Below are positions 1 to 11,565 of a stretch of 64,000 nucleotides of DNA, piece by piece (within the stretch, counting starts at the first letter, position 1; every line of letters begins with the position of its first letter). A program made the position numbers and the translations under genes. The notes beneath the pieces are model-generated. The model saw only the letters and a list, made by a program, of their open reading frames with translations, was not told the DNA's origin and searched no databases. Origin of the DNA: Octopus sinensis (taxonomy: Eukaryota); the NCBI RefSeq assembly GCF_006345805.1, contig NC_043008.1, positions 31,124,001-31,188,000 of the forward strand, written 5' to 3'.

Positions 1-124
1 TATTAATATTCTCAAAAAATATTTGTTAATACAACGTTATCAAGGTTATCCAAAATTAATGAAATTCCAACTTATAATTCACTAACCAAAAGAACACCAT
101 CTAATTTTTCTGGTCACATTCCTT

Positions 125-144
125 GTTGTGTGTGTGTGTGTGTG

Positions 145-178
<34 letters not shown>

Positions 179-237
179 GTGTGTGTCTCTGTGTGTCTCT
201 GTGTGTCTCTGTGTTTGTGTGTACGTATGTGTGTGTA
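125..237. repeat. (GT)n/(GTGTCTCT)n microsatellite
   Basis: Direct inspection; it explains the spurious VCVC/HTHT ORFs at 82-380. Confidence 0.95.
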
Positions 238-601
238 TTGAAATATGAAATTATAATAAATATTATCAACCATATATATTTAACGACAGAAGAACGTGTA
301 CTTGCCGGTGGGCTGTGACCTGGAGTGATAGAGAATACTCTCTGAGAATACTGGGAGTTAAAAAACCTGAAAGTTAGCACAGGCGAGACACCTCACTTCT
401 GATACCATCTAGGAGTGATGGCTATTTTCTCCATTTTTTGTGGCTTATCGACATCACGTACGCGAACAGAATCGGAAATTAATCATTTCAGCAGGAGTTG
501 TCTCTGCTGTCCATAACTTTCAGGTATTCTCTACCACGCCAAATCACAGTCTACCGTTAGAATATGTGGTTGATTATGAGTATGTGCTCGCGCGCGTATA
601 C

Positions 602-720
<119 letters not shown>

Positions 721-3478
721 TTAGAAAAAAATAAGGTATTCAGAGATCTGGATGATTGTACATATACAAATATTTATTAACATGTCACAGGTTTTTACAA
801 ATCACATATGAGCGCTTTCATCTACTCTAATAGATTCTTCAGATTTAAATTTTGTGAAAGGATTTGTCTCTTTTTATAGTATTAGTGAATGGGATGGGAT
901 GGGGAGAGAGAGGGGGAAAATTATGTGGAGTGTATTGGGTTGGAAAAGAGGGAGAGGAATGAGGAGATAGTGGAAGAAGAAAGTGAGGAGAGAGTATGTG
1001 CTAGTGTGTGTGTGTGTGTGTATGCGTGCTTGTGTGTGTGCCTGTGTATGTGAAAGGAAGCGTTTTGAACAAGAGACAAAGAGAAAAGGAAAAGAATATA
1101 TATTTTAAGTAGGTGGCTAGAACAGATGCTTACTTTGGTTCAGCCAGCTTACCAGGGGTCTGAAAGAAAAATGTTTTCAAAGTGAAAAAGTGTGTTTTTT
1201 CTTAATGTCAATGGAAAAGAGAAGGAAAGAAAGGAAGAAAGAAAGAAGAAAAAAATGTGTTTATATCTATACAGTAGGTCAGTTCTTTTAATAGAAGATG
1301 GCAAGTTGATTCTTAGTCTGTAAAAATGACAAGACCAGGTGGTTACTATAAGGAGGGGGTCTGTTTTGATGAGGAATAATGAAAGTTATTTTTCAAAAAA
1401 TCGTTTGAACTTATCATCATCATCATCATCATCATTGTCCAATGCTTGATTTCCATGCTGGTATGGGTTGGAAAATCTGGATGCAAGAATATTTCTATTT
1501 ATGTATATACAAACACACACACACACACACATATGCATATATCTTAGGGCTCCAGATAGGTTTATAAGGAAGTTGATGTGATTTTCATATTTTCAGCCAT
1601 TCAGTTTGGGGGAGAATTTTGCTATGAAGCGTTGTTCCATATTTTTTTCTGAAGAAGGTGTCATTCCTTGGGCATTTATAGAAGGGAAAGATTTTGAATC
1701 TTCCTTCTCCACATGTTTCTTAGTGATTACTTAGTGGAATTTTTGTAACTCTCCCTGTTGGATATGTTGTCGGTGAATTCTGGCTCGTTGGCGTAAAGAA
1801 TTGCCAGTTTCACCTCTATAGTTCTCCTTGCATGTGGGACAAGTTATGCAATATTTTCAGTTTTGTGTCTTGAATTCATGTTTGCATTTGCTTTGAATGT
1901 GTGTCCACTCTTAAATTTTATTTGGTTGTTTTCCTCTATATATTTGTAGATGGGGTTACTGCAGATCCCACATCTACTATCGCCACATTCTTTCATAAAG
2001 AATTCGGTTTCATTCTCTGATGAGAATTTTGCTCTTGTCAGTTGTTTTTTCAGGTTTTTCTCTTGGTATTTACTGTTTCTTATGCAGTATTTGTTTCTCA
2101 TTTTGGGGCTTTGTAGGACTATTGGTAAGTTTGATTGTATAATTTGAAACATGTTGGTAAATCTGTGGTTGTGTGTGTTTATGAATGGGATGATGTTTTC
2201 TTTGCTTTTCTTTTTTGGAGTTCTGAGTTGTGTGATGTCCAGTTTCATTGCTTTTGAGATTCTGTTTTTTATTAATTTGAGTGGGTATTTCTCTTCTAGT
2301 GGGAATTTTTAAAGTTCATTTAGCCTCATTTGGCGTGTTTGTGAGTCGGCCACTATGCTGCATATGCGACTTGCCATACTATATGGAATATTTCTTTTTA
2401 TATGGGATAGGTAACAGGAGTAGAAATTTAAATATCGGTGTGTCGGTTTTTTTTGTAGTATATATCTGTTGTGACAATGGACTTGTATATCTTGATGTTG
2501 ATGTCTAGGAAGGGAAGTTTGTTATAGCTGGTTTCTGTCGTGAAGTTTATAGATGGGTGCAGTGTGTTGAGGATGATGTGGAATGTTCGTAGATCTTTTG
2601 ATCTGTTTCAAAAGATGAAACAGTCATCGAGGTAGCGTTTCCACTTTCTCTTGATTTCTTCTCTGAATTCGTGTTCGAAGATTTTCCCTATTTCCTCGTA
2701 TAGTTTGTTCTCAAGGAAACCCATAACCAGGTTGGCACATGAAGGTGCGAATTTCGTACCCATAGCCGTGCTCTTTATCTGTCGGTATGTCTTGTTAAAT
2801 GTGAATGTGTTTTCTTCAAGTATTAATTCGGTGGCTTTGGTGATGAAGTCTGTTTTGAAGCGTTTATCTATGAATTCCTTGTAGTTTTCTACTCAGTGTT
2901 TTATCGCCTCCAGACCCAGGGTATGTGGTATGTTCTTGTATAAGTTTGTGACATCGAAGCTTGCAAGTATGGTATTTTCCAGAACCGTCTTTGGAATGTG
3001 TGTGAGAAAGTCTATGTCATCCCTTATGTAGCTTGGTATCAGTGGGCATAAAGGTTTGAGGAGTACATCTATGAAATGGCTTAGTTTTTGTGTTGGTGCT
3101 TGGGGCCCTGCAACTATTGGTTTCATTGTGAGGTCTGTAGCCTTTGTAGTCTTATATAATGGCTCCTCTGTTCTTTTATGGCTCTCTGTATTTCAGAACT
3201 TTTATGAACTTTAGGTAGTCCATAAAAATTGCTTTCTTTGGTTCTTCAGTTGCATAAATAGTATCTCCCCTTGTCTGTAAAGGAGTCCTGGTATTCATTG
3301 ACTAATGTTCCAATTGTTTTTTAAAGTTACTCTCTCCGGTTGTGTTGATTCCTCTTTATAGTATTCTGGTTGTTAAGAATCTCTGGTATCTTTTCTTTGT
3401 AGTAATCTGTATCCATAATTACTAATGCTCTACCTTTGTCAGCTTCTTTTAAGACGATCGACTTGTCATTTTTCTAAT
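721..3478 (-). mobile_element. 5'-truncated, frameshifted Penelope-like retroelement (RT + GIY-YIG endonuclease, Neptune-like linker) with a 3' hammerhead
   Basis: Minus-strand fragments: IVLKEADKGRALVIMD; KPIVAGP...SFDVTNLYKNIP; GTAMGTKFAPSCANL; YLDDCF; LPFLDINI; Cys linker ECGDSRCGIC; SCPTCKENYRGETGNSLRQR (GIY-YIG). Hammerhead in the 3' region. Confidence 0.9.
802..857 (-). ncRNA. Type I hammerhead ribozyme (minimal, palindromic stem III)
   Basis: Minus strand reads TCACA-AAATTTAA-AT CTGAAGA ATCT-ATTAGAGT-AGAT GAAA GCGC TC AT-A-TGTGA. Core complete, stem II 4 bp, AGCGCT palindrome, stem I with an internal loop. Confidence 0.85.
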
Positions 3479-3479
3479 A

Positions 3480-3511
<32 letters not shown>

Positions 3512-3592
3512 ACTGTATAATATGCACGTAATGATATTATCCGGTTTGAAGCGACAATTTCGGGTTTGTTTATTAAAATATTATTTATGTAG

Positions 3593-3671
<79 letters not shown>

Positions 3672-3839
3672 ATATATATATATATATATTATATATATAT
3701 ATATATATATAATTGACAAAAATAAGGGCAAAAAAAAATTCTAATGCCAACTATGCCGAAAAAAAGACAAAAATTGTCAATAACCATTATAATTTATGCG
3801 TCTCGAAACAAACCAATAGAAATTTCTAAAAATCCGTTA

Positions 3840-3900
3840 TTACCGTATTGGTCCCAATTTCGGGGTTAATTCATAAGAATTTTCCCCTCTTCAACGATAA
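3840..3900 (-). ncRNA. Hammerhead ribozyme copy with C3U core change (UUGAAGA)
   Basis: Reverse-complement copy of 4178-4238 in which TTGAAGA replaces CTGAAGA. Confidence 0.7.
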
Positions 3901-4177
3901 ATACGTGAGATATAAGTGAAATACTTACTCATACTCATGGAAAAAGCAAGTACTAAGTCCTGAGCAGACTTAAGTACCCCAAATATATCCAAAATAGAAA
4001 ATCTTCGGCACATGTCGAGACACGTGTGATTCGAACTAGAAACTTTCACAGAGTGAGAGAATACGGAAGTGAACACTATTAAATCTATAACTAATGCAGG
4101 ATAAAGTTTTTTTCGGGAGTAAAAGTACTTGCTTTTTCCATGAGTATGAGTAAGTATTTCATTTACATCTCACGTAT

Positions 4178-4238
4178 TTATCGCTGAAGAGGGGAAAATT
4201 CTTATGAATTAACCCCGAAATTGGGACCAATACGGTAA
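4178..4238 (+). ncRNA. Type I hammerhead ribozyme (canonical core)
   Basis: TTATCG CTGAAGA GGGG-AAAATTCTTATGAATTAA-CCCC GAAA TTG-GGAC-CAA TA CGGTAA. Stems I, II and III all pair; predicted cleavage 3' of A4232. Confidence 0.88.
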
Positions 4239-4453
4239 TAACGGATTTTTAGAAATTTCTATCCGTTTGTTTCGAGACGCATAAAATATAATGGTTATTG
4301 ACAATTTTTGTCTTTTTTTCGGCATATTTGGCATTAGAATTTTTCTTTTGTCCTTTTTATAAATTATTTATAAATGTAACCTTTAAAGGTATTTTTTATA
4401 TGCTTGCCATTGATAAGGTTTTTTTCCCGAAAAAAACTTTATCCTACATTAGT

Positions 4454-4496
<43 letters not shown>

Positions 4497-4593
4497 CGGG
4501 AAGCTTTATGAAAATAAACAAAAGACGAAGGCAGGTGGAAAACAAACGAACAATTGTATTAGTATGGCGCTCAGGAAATATAAATAAAACAAG

Positions 4594-4631
4594 TCTTTAA
4601 CGTTTCGAGCCTACGCTCTTCAACAGAAAGA
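4594..4631 (-). ncRNA. Minimal hammerhead-like motif with variant core CUGUUGA
   Basis: Minus strand TCTTT CTGTTGA A GAGC-GTAG-GCTC GAAA CG TT AAAGA. All helices pair, but A6 is U. Lies in a PLE-LTR-like fragment at about 4500-4805. Confidence 0.65.
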
Positions 4632-4799
4632 TACACAGAAAGAGAAAAACACAGAAAGAAGGAGAGAAAAAAAATGCGTGCAGTAGCTAACGAATCAACA
4701 GGCGATCTGATTTCGGCCGAGGTCAAAGATCAAACATGAGGACGCGAGAGCGAAATAAGGGGAGATAATAGGGTTGATAAAAGGGTGAGGGACCAGCTA

Positions 4800-4831
<32 letters not shown>

Positions 4832-4835
4832 GATA

Positions 4836-4959
<124 letters not shown>

Positions 4960-6004
4960 GGGAAATTAAGATAGTTGTAAATGCGCTAGATTTTTATACA
5001 TATATATTGTTTGAATAAAATGAGCTTTATTTATATATTTTTTTACATAAGAGGAAAAGTTTTATCATATATGTATATAGGTACGGGAATGAAAATACAA
5101 AAATATGTTTCCGAAGTAAAAATTTTTCATACAGCAGATTTACTGTAAAAGTATTAGTTTGTTTTCACAAGGAACGTTTTACGCACATATCATAAAATAA
5201 AAAAAAATTTAAAAACAGAAAAATAAAAGAGAAAAAAATTGGAGATTATGGAATAAACTCTAGTGCATGCTATAGCCCAAAGGGTTCTGCAGCTGAAAAA
5301 AATCGAATTTTACTAGAAATATTTTTTACTGACCGGGGCTGGTTTTTGCTGTCTTTTAACTCACAAAGTTCAAAGTATGTTCTTTCAACGCATTATAAGA
5401 ACATGTGGTGGTGAGGTCATGTGTCTTGATAGATATATACATATTTGTGTATGTGTGTGTGTGCGTGTGTGTGTGTGTGTGTACTATGTACGTATGTATG
5501 TGTGTAAATTTATATATGCACATTCATGTATACATACATACTCACGTACACACTCAAACACACACACGCATGTATATATTGAATTTGTCATTCCCATCGA
5601 GTAGTGGTTCATGTCACGCAAACTCAACTTCGAACAGATGTTATTCGATTCAACCTAACAGCATTTCGTTTTCATTGTTCCTTTAGTTGTAATTCACACT
5701 GGTATAGACAGAGAGAGACATAGCTGTACGCAGATGTTTGTTATCTATAAACAAAAAGTATTAACATAAGGATTTTAAGTAGAGATAAATATTTTGTTAA
5801 TGATCATAGTTATTTCGAAGTTTTGTCAACCAGCTTGAAACAGCTTACTTCAAGGGAACTGCCAATAAAAATATGACTATCTATCAATCTATCTGTCTAT
5901 CTATCTGTCTATTTATCTATCTATATATCTATCTGTCTATCTGTCTATCTGCCTGCCTGGTTGTTTGTCTATCACGTAAAATTATTTGCATTAATCAGAA
6001 ACTC

Positions 6005-6170
6005 AATACAGATGTAGCGGGAGGTACGCAGTGTACTTCCCAACAACATGGTTCTGCGTTCGCTGCCGCTGCGTGGCACCTTGTGCAAGTGTCTTCTACA
6101 AGAACCAGAGGTAAACAAAGACTTATGAGTTGATTAGGCAGGCGGAAACTGAAAGAAGCCCACCGTATAT
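6005..6170 (+). mobile_element. Degenerate 5' half of tRNA-headed SINE (family A)
   Basis: GCGTGGCACCTTGTGCAAGTGTCTTCTAC...GGCGGAAACTGAAAGAAGCCC matches the full-length copies at 42111 and 43448. Confidence 0.75.
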
Positions 6171-6436
6171 AGATAGATATATTCATGTGTGTGTCTTTGT
6201 GTGTGTGTGCGTACGTGCGTGTTTGTGTGTGAATGTGCGTATGTATGTCCATGTGTCTGTGTGTGTGAGTGTGCGAGCGTGTGTATGTGTGCGTGCGTGT
6301 GTATGTGTGCACGCGCGTCTGTGTATAATACTGTTCTTGCGTATGTGTTTATTTACATCCCCATAATGTGACGGTTCAACAAAAGAACCAATAGAATAAG
6401 TACTAAGCTTGAGAAATTAAGCCCTGTGGTAATATC

Positions 6437-6467
<31 letters not shown>

Positions 6468-6495
6468 GGGTGTAGATAGATAGATAGATAGATAG

Positions 6496-6562
<67 letters not shown>

Positions 6563-6598
6563 CATATACATACACATAATCGTTTAGGGTATGTATGA

Positions 6599-6652
<54 letters not shown>

Positions 6653-7224
6653 TATATATATATGTATCGATATATATATATACATCTATGTATATATATA
6701 TACATACATCTATATATATATATATGTATGTATATATTTTATATGTGTATTTATGTAGTATGTATGTATGTATATATACATGTATATATGTGTGTGTGTA
6801 GGTATATATGTGTGTGTACATGTATATTTATACGTATATGTACTTGTAAAGGAATATTTATATATTCACATAATTACCATAAATATATATATATATATGG
6901 TAATTATTTGGAGTTTGGGTATATGCCTAGTAGCATGCCGATTTGACCACTTTCATCGAAATTATTCCCTCCTATGCCAGTGTAGCCGATACACTACGGG
7001 AAATAACAGATCACCATGTGAAACACAGTATATGTACGTAGTAACGTATCTTATTTGCATCAGACACCTGACGGGATACAGGCTGCATCGATGGCTGCAA
7101 CACAACTAGATATACTGTATCCCACTCATAAGGGGGCAGAAACAGATACTGCTATACTTGAGAATGATCATATTTTACGCAATATATTTGATCTTCACTT
7201 CACCTTTATCATTCTTGTTGTTTT

Positions 7225-7357
7225 AGTTTCTTTGTCAAAGCTCTTTTGTCACACATCCGGAAAAAACGAACTAAGCAGAACAAGAGGAGATACGTGGGAT
7301 AAAGTGTCGTAGATGAGGTCTCATGCTGCGTGACGAAAGAGCTTTGACGAAGAAACT
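7225..7357. repeat. 28-bp inverted repeat with 77-nt spacer (small MITE or inverted retroelement 3' end)
   Basis: AGTTTCTTTGTCAAAGCTCTTTTGTCAC (7225-7252) versus its reverse complement at 7330-7357, with 2 C/T differences. Followed by a (TAA)n(CAA)n tract. Confidence 0.75.
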
Positions 7358-7362
7358 ATAAA

Positions 7363-7449
<87 letters not shown>

Positions 7450-7881
7450 AATAATAATAAAGTTCAAGTGAAGACAAAATATATAGTGCGTGTGTTTCAC
7501 TGGTAAAATATGACCATCTCCAAGTATAACAATATATGTGTATGTGTTAGAAGTGATGTACAGATTTTGTATATTAAGAGAAAGGAGGCAATCAGAATTT
7601 CTATTTATTCTTTATCTCACGGTTTAGTCCATTCGTGCGGGGACTCTTCAGAATATATACATACATACATATATATATATATGTATATGTATGTATGTAT
7701 GTATGTATTTATGTTTGTATGTAAGTATTTATGTATGTATGTATGTATGTATGTATGTATGTATGTATGCATGCATGCATGTATGTATGTTTATGTATGT
7801 ATGTATGTATGTATGTATGTATGTGTGTATGTGTGTATGTATGGAAGCTTGTATATGTGTGTATATATATATATGTATATA

Positions 7882-9281
7882 CTGTAGTGGCCATAATATA
7901 AACGTCAGTAAGAACAAGTGTATTGAATTAGTTATTATAGAAGATTAACAACACGTTGAGATTAAATATTTTGTACATATTTAGATATGTCTAATATGTA
8001 TCTTTTGTGAAAATTTCAAGTGATTAGAATAAATATTTCGTAAGTTATGAGGAAATAAACAATCTTCCAAATTGCATCGGCGAAAAGTTGGGGGTCACTT
8101 AGAAAAAATGAACTACTAACCGAGTTATTCGTTGTATAGAAGACTGTTCATAGGCTATCATATCTTACATTATTAGAACATTCAACTGTCAACATGGCGG
8201 CTTGTGAAAGACGACCAGAGTCCTGTGATGGAAAACAAAGAATTGTGTGCCTTCACCAAGATAGCAACTACTGTAGGAAGGTCTAGAAGTGTTGTGCAAC
8301 GAATTGTAGCTCGTATTAAATCATCAGGATCGACAGATGCTAAATCCCAAACCGGTAGACTTCTTAAACTTCACCAAGACAGGATCGTATTATGGTTAGA
8401 ATGTCACTGAGATATTCTGTGACTTGTCAACGTATCGTGCAAATCCGTTTCCCGGAGGTTACGAGGTTCTGGGTTACTTGTTCGAACACCGGCAACAAGA
8501 GTTCCGAAGGTGGGATGAACACCCGACGAAGAAATGGCGAAAGATTATCTCGTGCATGTTTGAAGAACACAGTAAAATATAGAGGAAGCAGTGTAATGGT
8601 ATGCAGAGTAATCTCTGCTGCTAGTCCTGGTCCACTAATTCGTCTACAAGGGACTGTCAATGCTGAAATCTACAAGCAGATTCTTAGACAGCATACCCTT
8701 CCACATCTCCGATCCTCGTCAGTTCAACCTTCTATCTTCGTGCAGCACAACGTTCCCCGTCACACTGCAAAGAGAGTCAAAGATGTTTTGAGTGATGAAG
8801 GGGTCCCGACCTCAGCCCTATAGAAAACGTTTGGAAGTTTATTGGAGATGGAGTAAGAAGGAGAAATCCAAAGAACCAATATGAAGTCTGGGAATTATTG
8901 AAAAACGAAATTAACAATATTACTCCATCATTTTGCAAGAAATTAATTCAGTCCTGTGACAACTGATGTCAGGAGGTCATTGATAGTAAAGGGAAGTTCA
9001 CAAAATATTAATAGTAAGGGTTTCTTTTTATTCTTGTTCCATTTTTCACTGTTTTTCTAAGTGGCCCTTAACTTTTGGCCATTGCAGTTTAGAAGATTAT
9101 GTGTTTATTTCCTCATAACGTACGAAATATTTATTCCATTCAATCGAAATTTTCACGAAATATAGATATCAGATATATCTAAATATGCGTAAAATATCTA
9201 GTCTCAATGTTTTGTTAACCTTCTTTAACAAATATTTCAATACACATGTTCCTACTCACGCTTATAGTATGACCGCTACTG
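7882..9281 (+). mobile_element. Decayed Tc1-family DNA transposon with long (about 230 bp) terminal inverted repeats
   Basis: TIRs at about 7882-8110 and 9050-9281, TA at both junctions. Transposase remnants IATTVGRSRSVVQRIV (HTH), VMVCRVISAASPGPLIRLQGTVNAEIYKQIL, FVQHNVPRHTA, PDLSPIENVW. Confidence 0.88.
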
Positions 9282-9304
9282 TATGTGTGTATGTGTGTGT
9301 GTGT

Positions 9305-9348
<44 letters not shown>

Positions 9349-9693
9349 TGTGTGTGTGTGTGTGTTTGCATTAAAAGTAATCAAGTTAATGTCCGGTTAT
9401 AGAGTGACGTCCGCGTGGCTAAGGCCTTTGTGGATGCGAAACCATTGGTCACTCTATGACCCGACAATATCTTAATTACTTTTAATAAATTACTGCTCTA
9501 TGCTTTAAAGTGTGCTTCTTTTTCGGATTTATGATACATTGACGATATATATATATGTATATATTATATATATATTATATATATATACATATATGCAAAA
9601 ACAGTCAAAATAGAAATATAGAAATATATATATATATATAATGTATGTATGTATATCTATATGTATGTATATGTTGTTATATATATATATATA

Positions 9694-9738
<45 letters not shown>

Positions 9739-9762
9739 GCATATATATATATATATATATAT

Positions 9763-9944
9763 ATTCTTTATTCTTTTACATGTTTCCCCTAAGACTGAGG
9801 CCATGCTGGACACAGCCAGTGAACGTGTGAGATGCTTGCAGCACCTAGTTTCCCAAGCGGTCACCCATCTAAGTACTAACTAGGCTCGACGTTACTTAAC
9901 TTCGGTGATCAGAGAACCTTCATTCAACGTGACATACCCACAAG
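9763..9944 (-). mobile_element. 5S rRNA-headed SINE (SINE3-like) carrying the family-A SINE 3' tail
   Basis: 9834-9944 minus strand matches metazoan 5S (GATCACCGAAGTTAAG...GTTAGTACTTAGATGGGTGACCGCTTGGGAA). No T-run follows. It continues into CCAGCATGGCCTCAGTC...GAAACATGTAAAAGAATAAAGAAT, the tail of the tRNA-headed SINEs. Confidence 0.8.
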
Positions 9945-9950
9945 TATATA

Positions 9951-10023
<73 letters not shown>

Positions 10024-10045
10024 TATAATATATATATATTATATA

Positions 10046-10082
<37 letters not shown>

Positions 10083-10515
10083 CACACACCAACACACACT
10101 CATATACACATATTTTTATATACAAAATCTTTGAAGCCTCGCTTCTCCATCTCTACTGAGTAACTGTTTGATTAATGCAAACAAATAAATAAATAGTTTG
10201 GTGGATATTTTTTCTGACAGTTCCTTTGAAGTAAGACGTTTCAAGCTGGTTGGCAAATCTTCGAAATAACTATCACCATTAAAAAAAAATATTTATCAGA
10301 TATTAAAGTCCTTATATTGTTATTATATTTTATCAATAAATACAAAACATCTAAATTTGTATACCAAACTCTCTTTTTTTCATACTGGTGTGAATTACAA
10401 TTAAATGAAAATTGTACTGAAATACTTTTAGGTTGAGTTGAATAACATCATATATTCATGTATTCGAAGCTGAGTTGGAATAGGTGATTACTCGAAGGGA
10501 ATAAGGAACTCAGGA

Positions 10516-10624
<109 letters not shown>

Positions 10625-10684
10625 AAGCTTACTTGGAAAAGGATGCGTGGCGTTCGATCATATAATAATATAAATGATATATAA

Positions 10685-10996
10685 ATATATGCATATATAC
10701 ATACATATATGTACATACCTACATATATATGTATATATACATGCATATATGGATACAGGACATAAAAAAAACGTTGAAAAAGAAACAGGGACAACTGAAG
10801 AAGGGGAATAGTCCTTGTGTTATATGTCTTGTACTCTGTTCTTTCGTTGTTTGAAAAATAGTTCGCTTCCATGTTTTTGTTTTTATGTTTTCGTTTCTCA
10901 TTGTGTTCAACGTTTTCTTTTATGTCCTGTACCCATATATGCATGAATATATACATATAGATGTGGGTATGTACATATATGTATGTATATATGCAT
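10685..10996. repeat. Inverted-repeat module (about 92-bp arms) with a truncated hammerhead 5' half in the loop
   Basis: Arms at 10685-10778 and 10906-10996. The loop has CTGAAGA-AGGGGAATAGTCCTT (from 10795), resembling the 4184 motif, but no GAAA follows. Confidence 0.6.
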
Positions 10997-11032
10997 TTAT
11001 TTATATATTATTTATGTGTATATATATATATA

Positions 11033-11545
11033 TTGGGTTGCCCGGAAAGTTCGTGCCGATCTATAGTAGCTTACCTTTCGACTTATTTTAGAACATGGTT
11101 GAATCCCTAAATTAGATTACAGCTTAAACTATCTTTTCGTAGAAAATTTATGTTCCTAGAACCTGTGTTAATTCTGTAACCCTTAATAATGGAAAATAAG
11201 AAATCTCATTTTTGGCACTTGATGCTTTGGGAACCAGACAAAAATGGCTGCAGCTCAGCTGGAATGTGTTACCCCACCCTCCATATTCACCAGATATTGC
11301 TCCTTCGGATTTCCACTTATTCAGGTCTCTCGATTTCTTTGGATGATGTTAAAAGATACCTTGATGAATTCTTTGCCATGAAACCACCTCAATTCTGGGA
11401 AGAGGGTATTTTCAAGTTAAAGGAAAGATGGAGACGCATTGTGCAACAAAATGGTTCATATTTGGTTGATTAAAAATGTAATAGCAAGTATTTATTGACC
11501 TTTTTTTTCCTTTAAAAATCGACACGAACTTTCCGGACAACCCTA
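11033..11545 (+). mobile_element. Internally deleted mariner element (DD34D)
   Basis: TIRs GGGTTGCCCGGAAAGTTCGTGCCGAT / ATCGACACGAACTTTCCGGACAACCC with TA TSD. N-terminus MENKKSHFWHLML is joined to WNVLPHPPYSPDIAPSDF and KLKERWRRIVQQNGSY. Confidence 0.9.
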
Positions 11546-11565
11546 TACATATATATATATACACG

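Larger units (their letters stand above)
3722..4457. mobile_element. ORF-less PLE pseudo-LTR-derived inverted-repeat module
   Basis: Arms of about 230 bp at 3722-3954 and 4124-4358 (roughly 95% identical by eye). Second inverted repeat at 4086-4118 / 4425-4457. Flanked by (TA)n on both sides; each long arm carries a hammerhead. Confidence 0.8.

Noticed and set aside
340-535. 12-bp inverted repeat ACCTGAAAGTTA / TAACTTTCAGGT as MITE ends
   Set aside because: Too short, with no TSD or second copy in the window to support a call.
9834-9944. Functional 5S rRNA gene
   Set aside because: Short deletions, many substitutions, no oligo-T terminator and a SINE tail attached; called a 5S-headed SINE instead.
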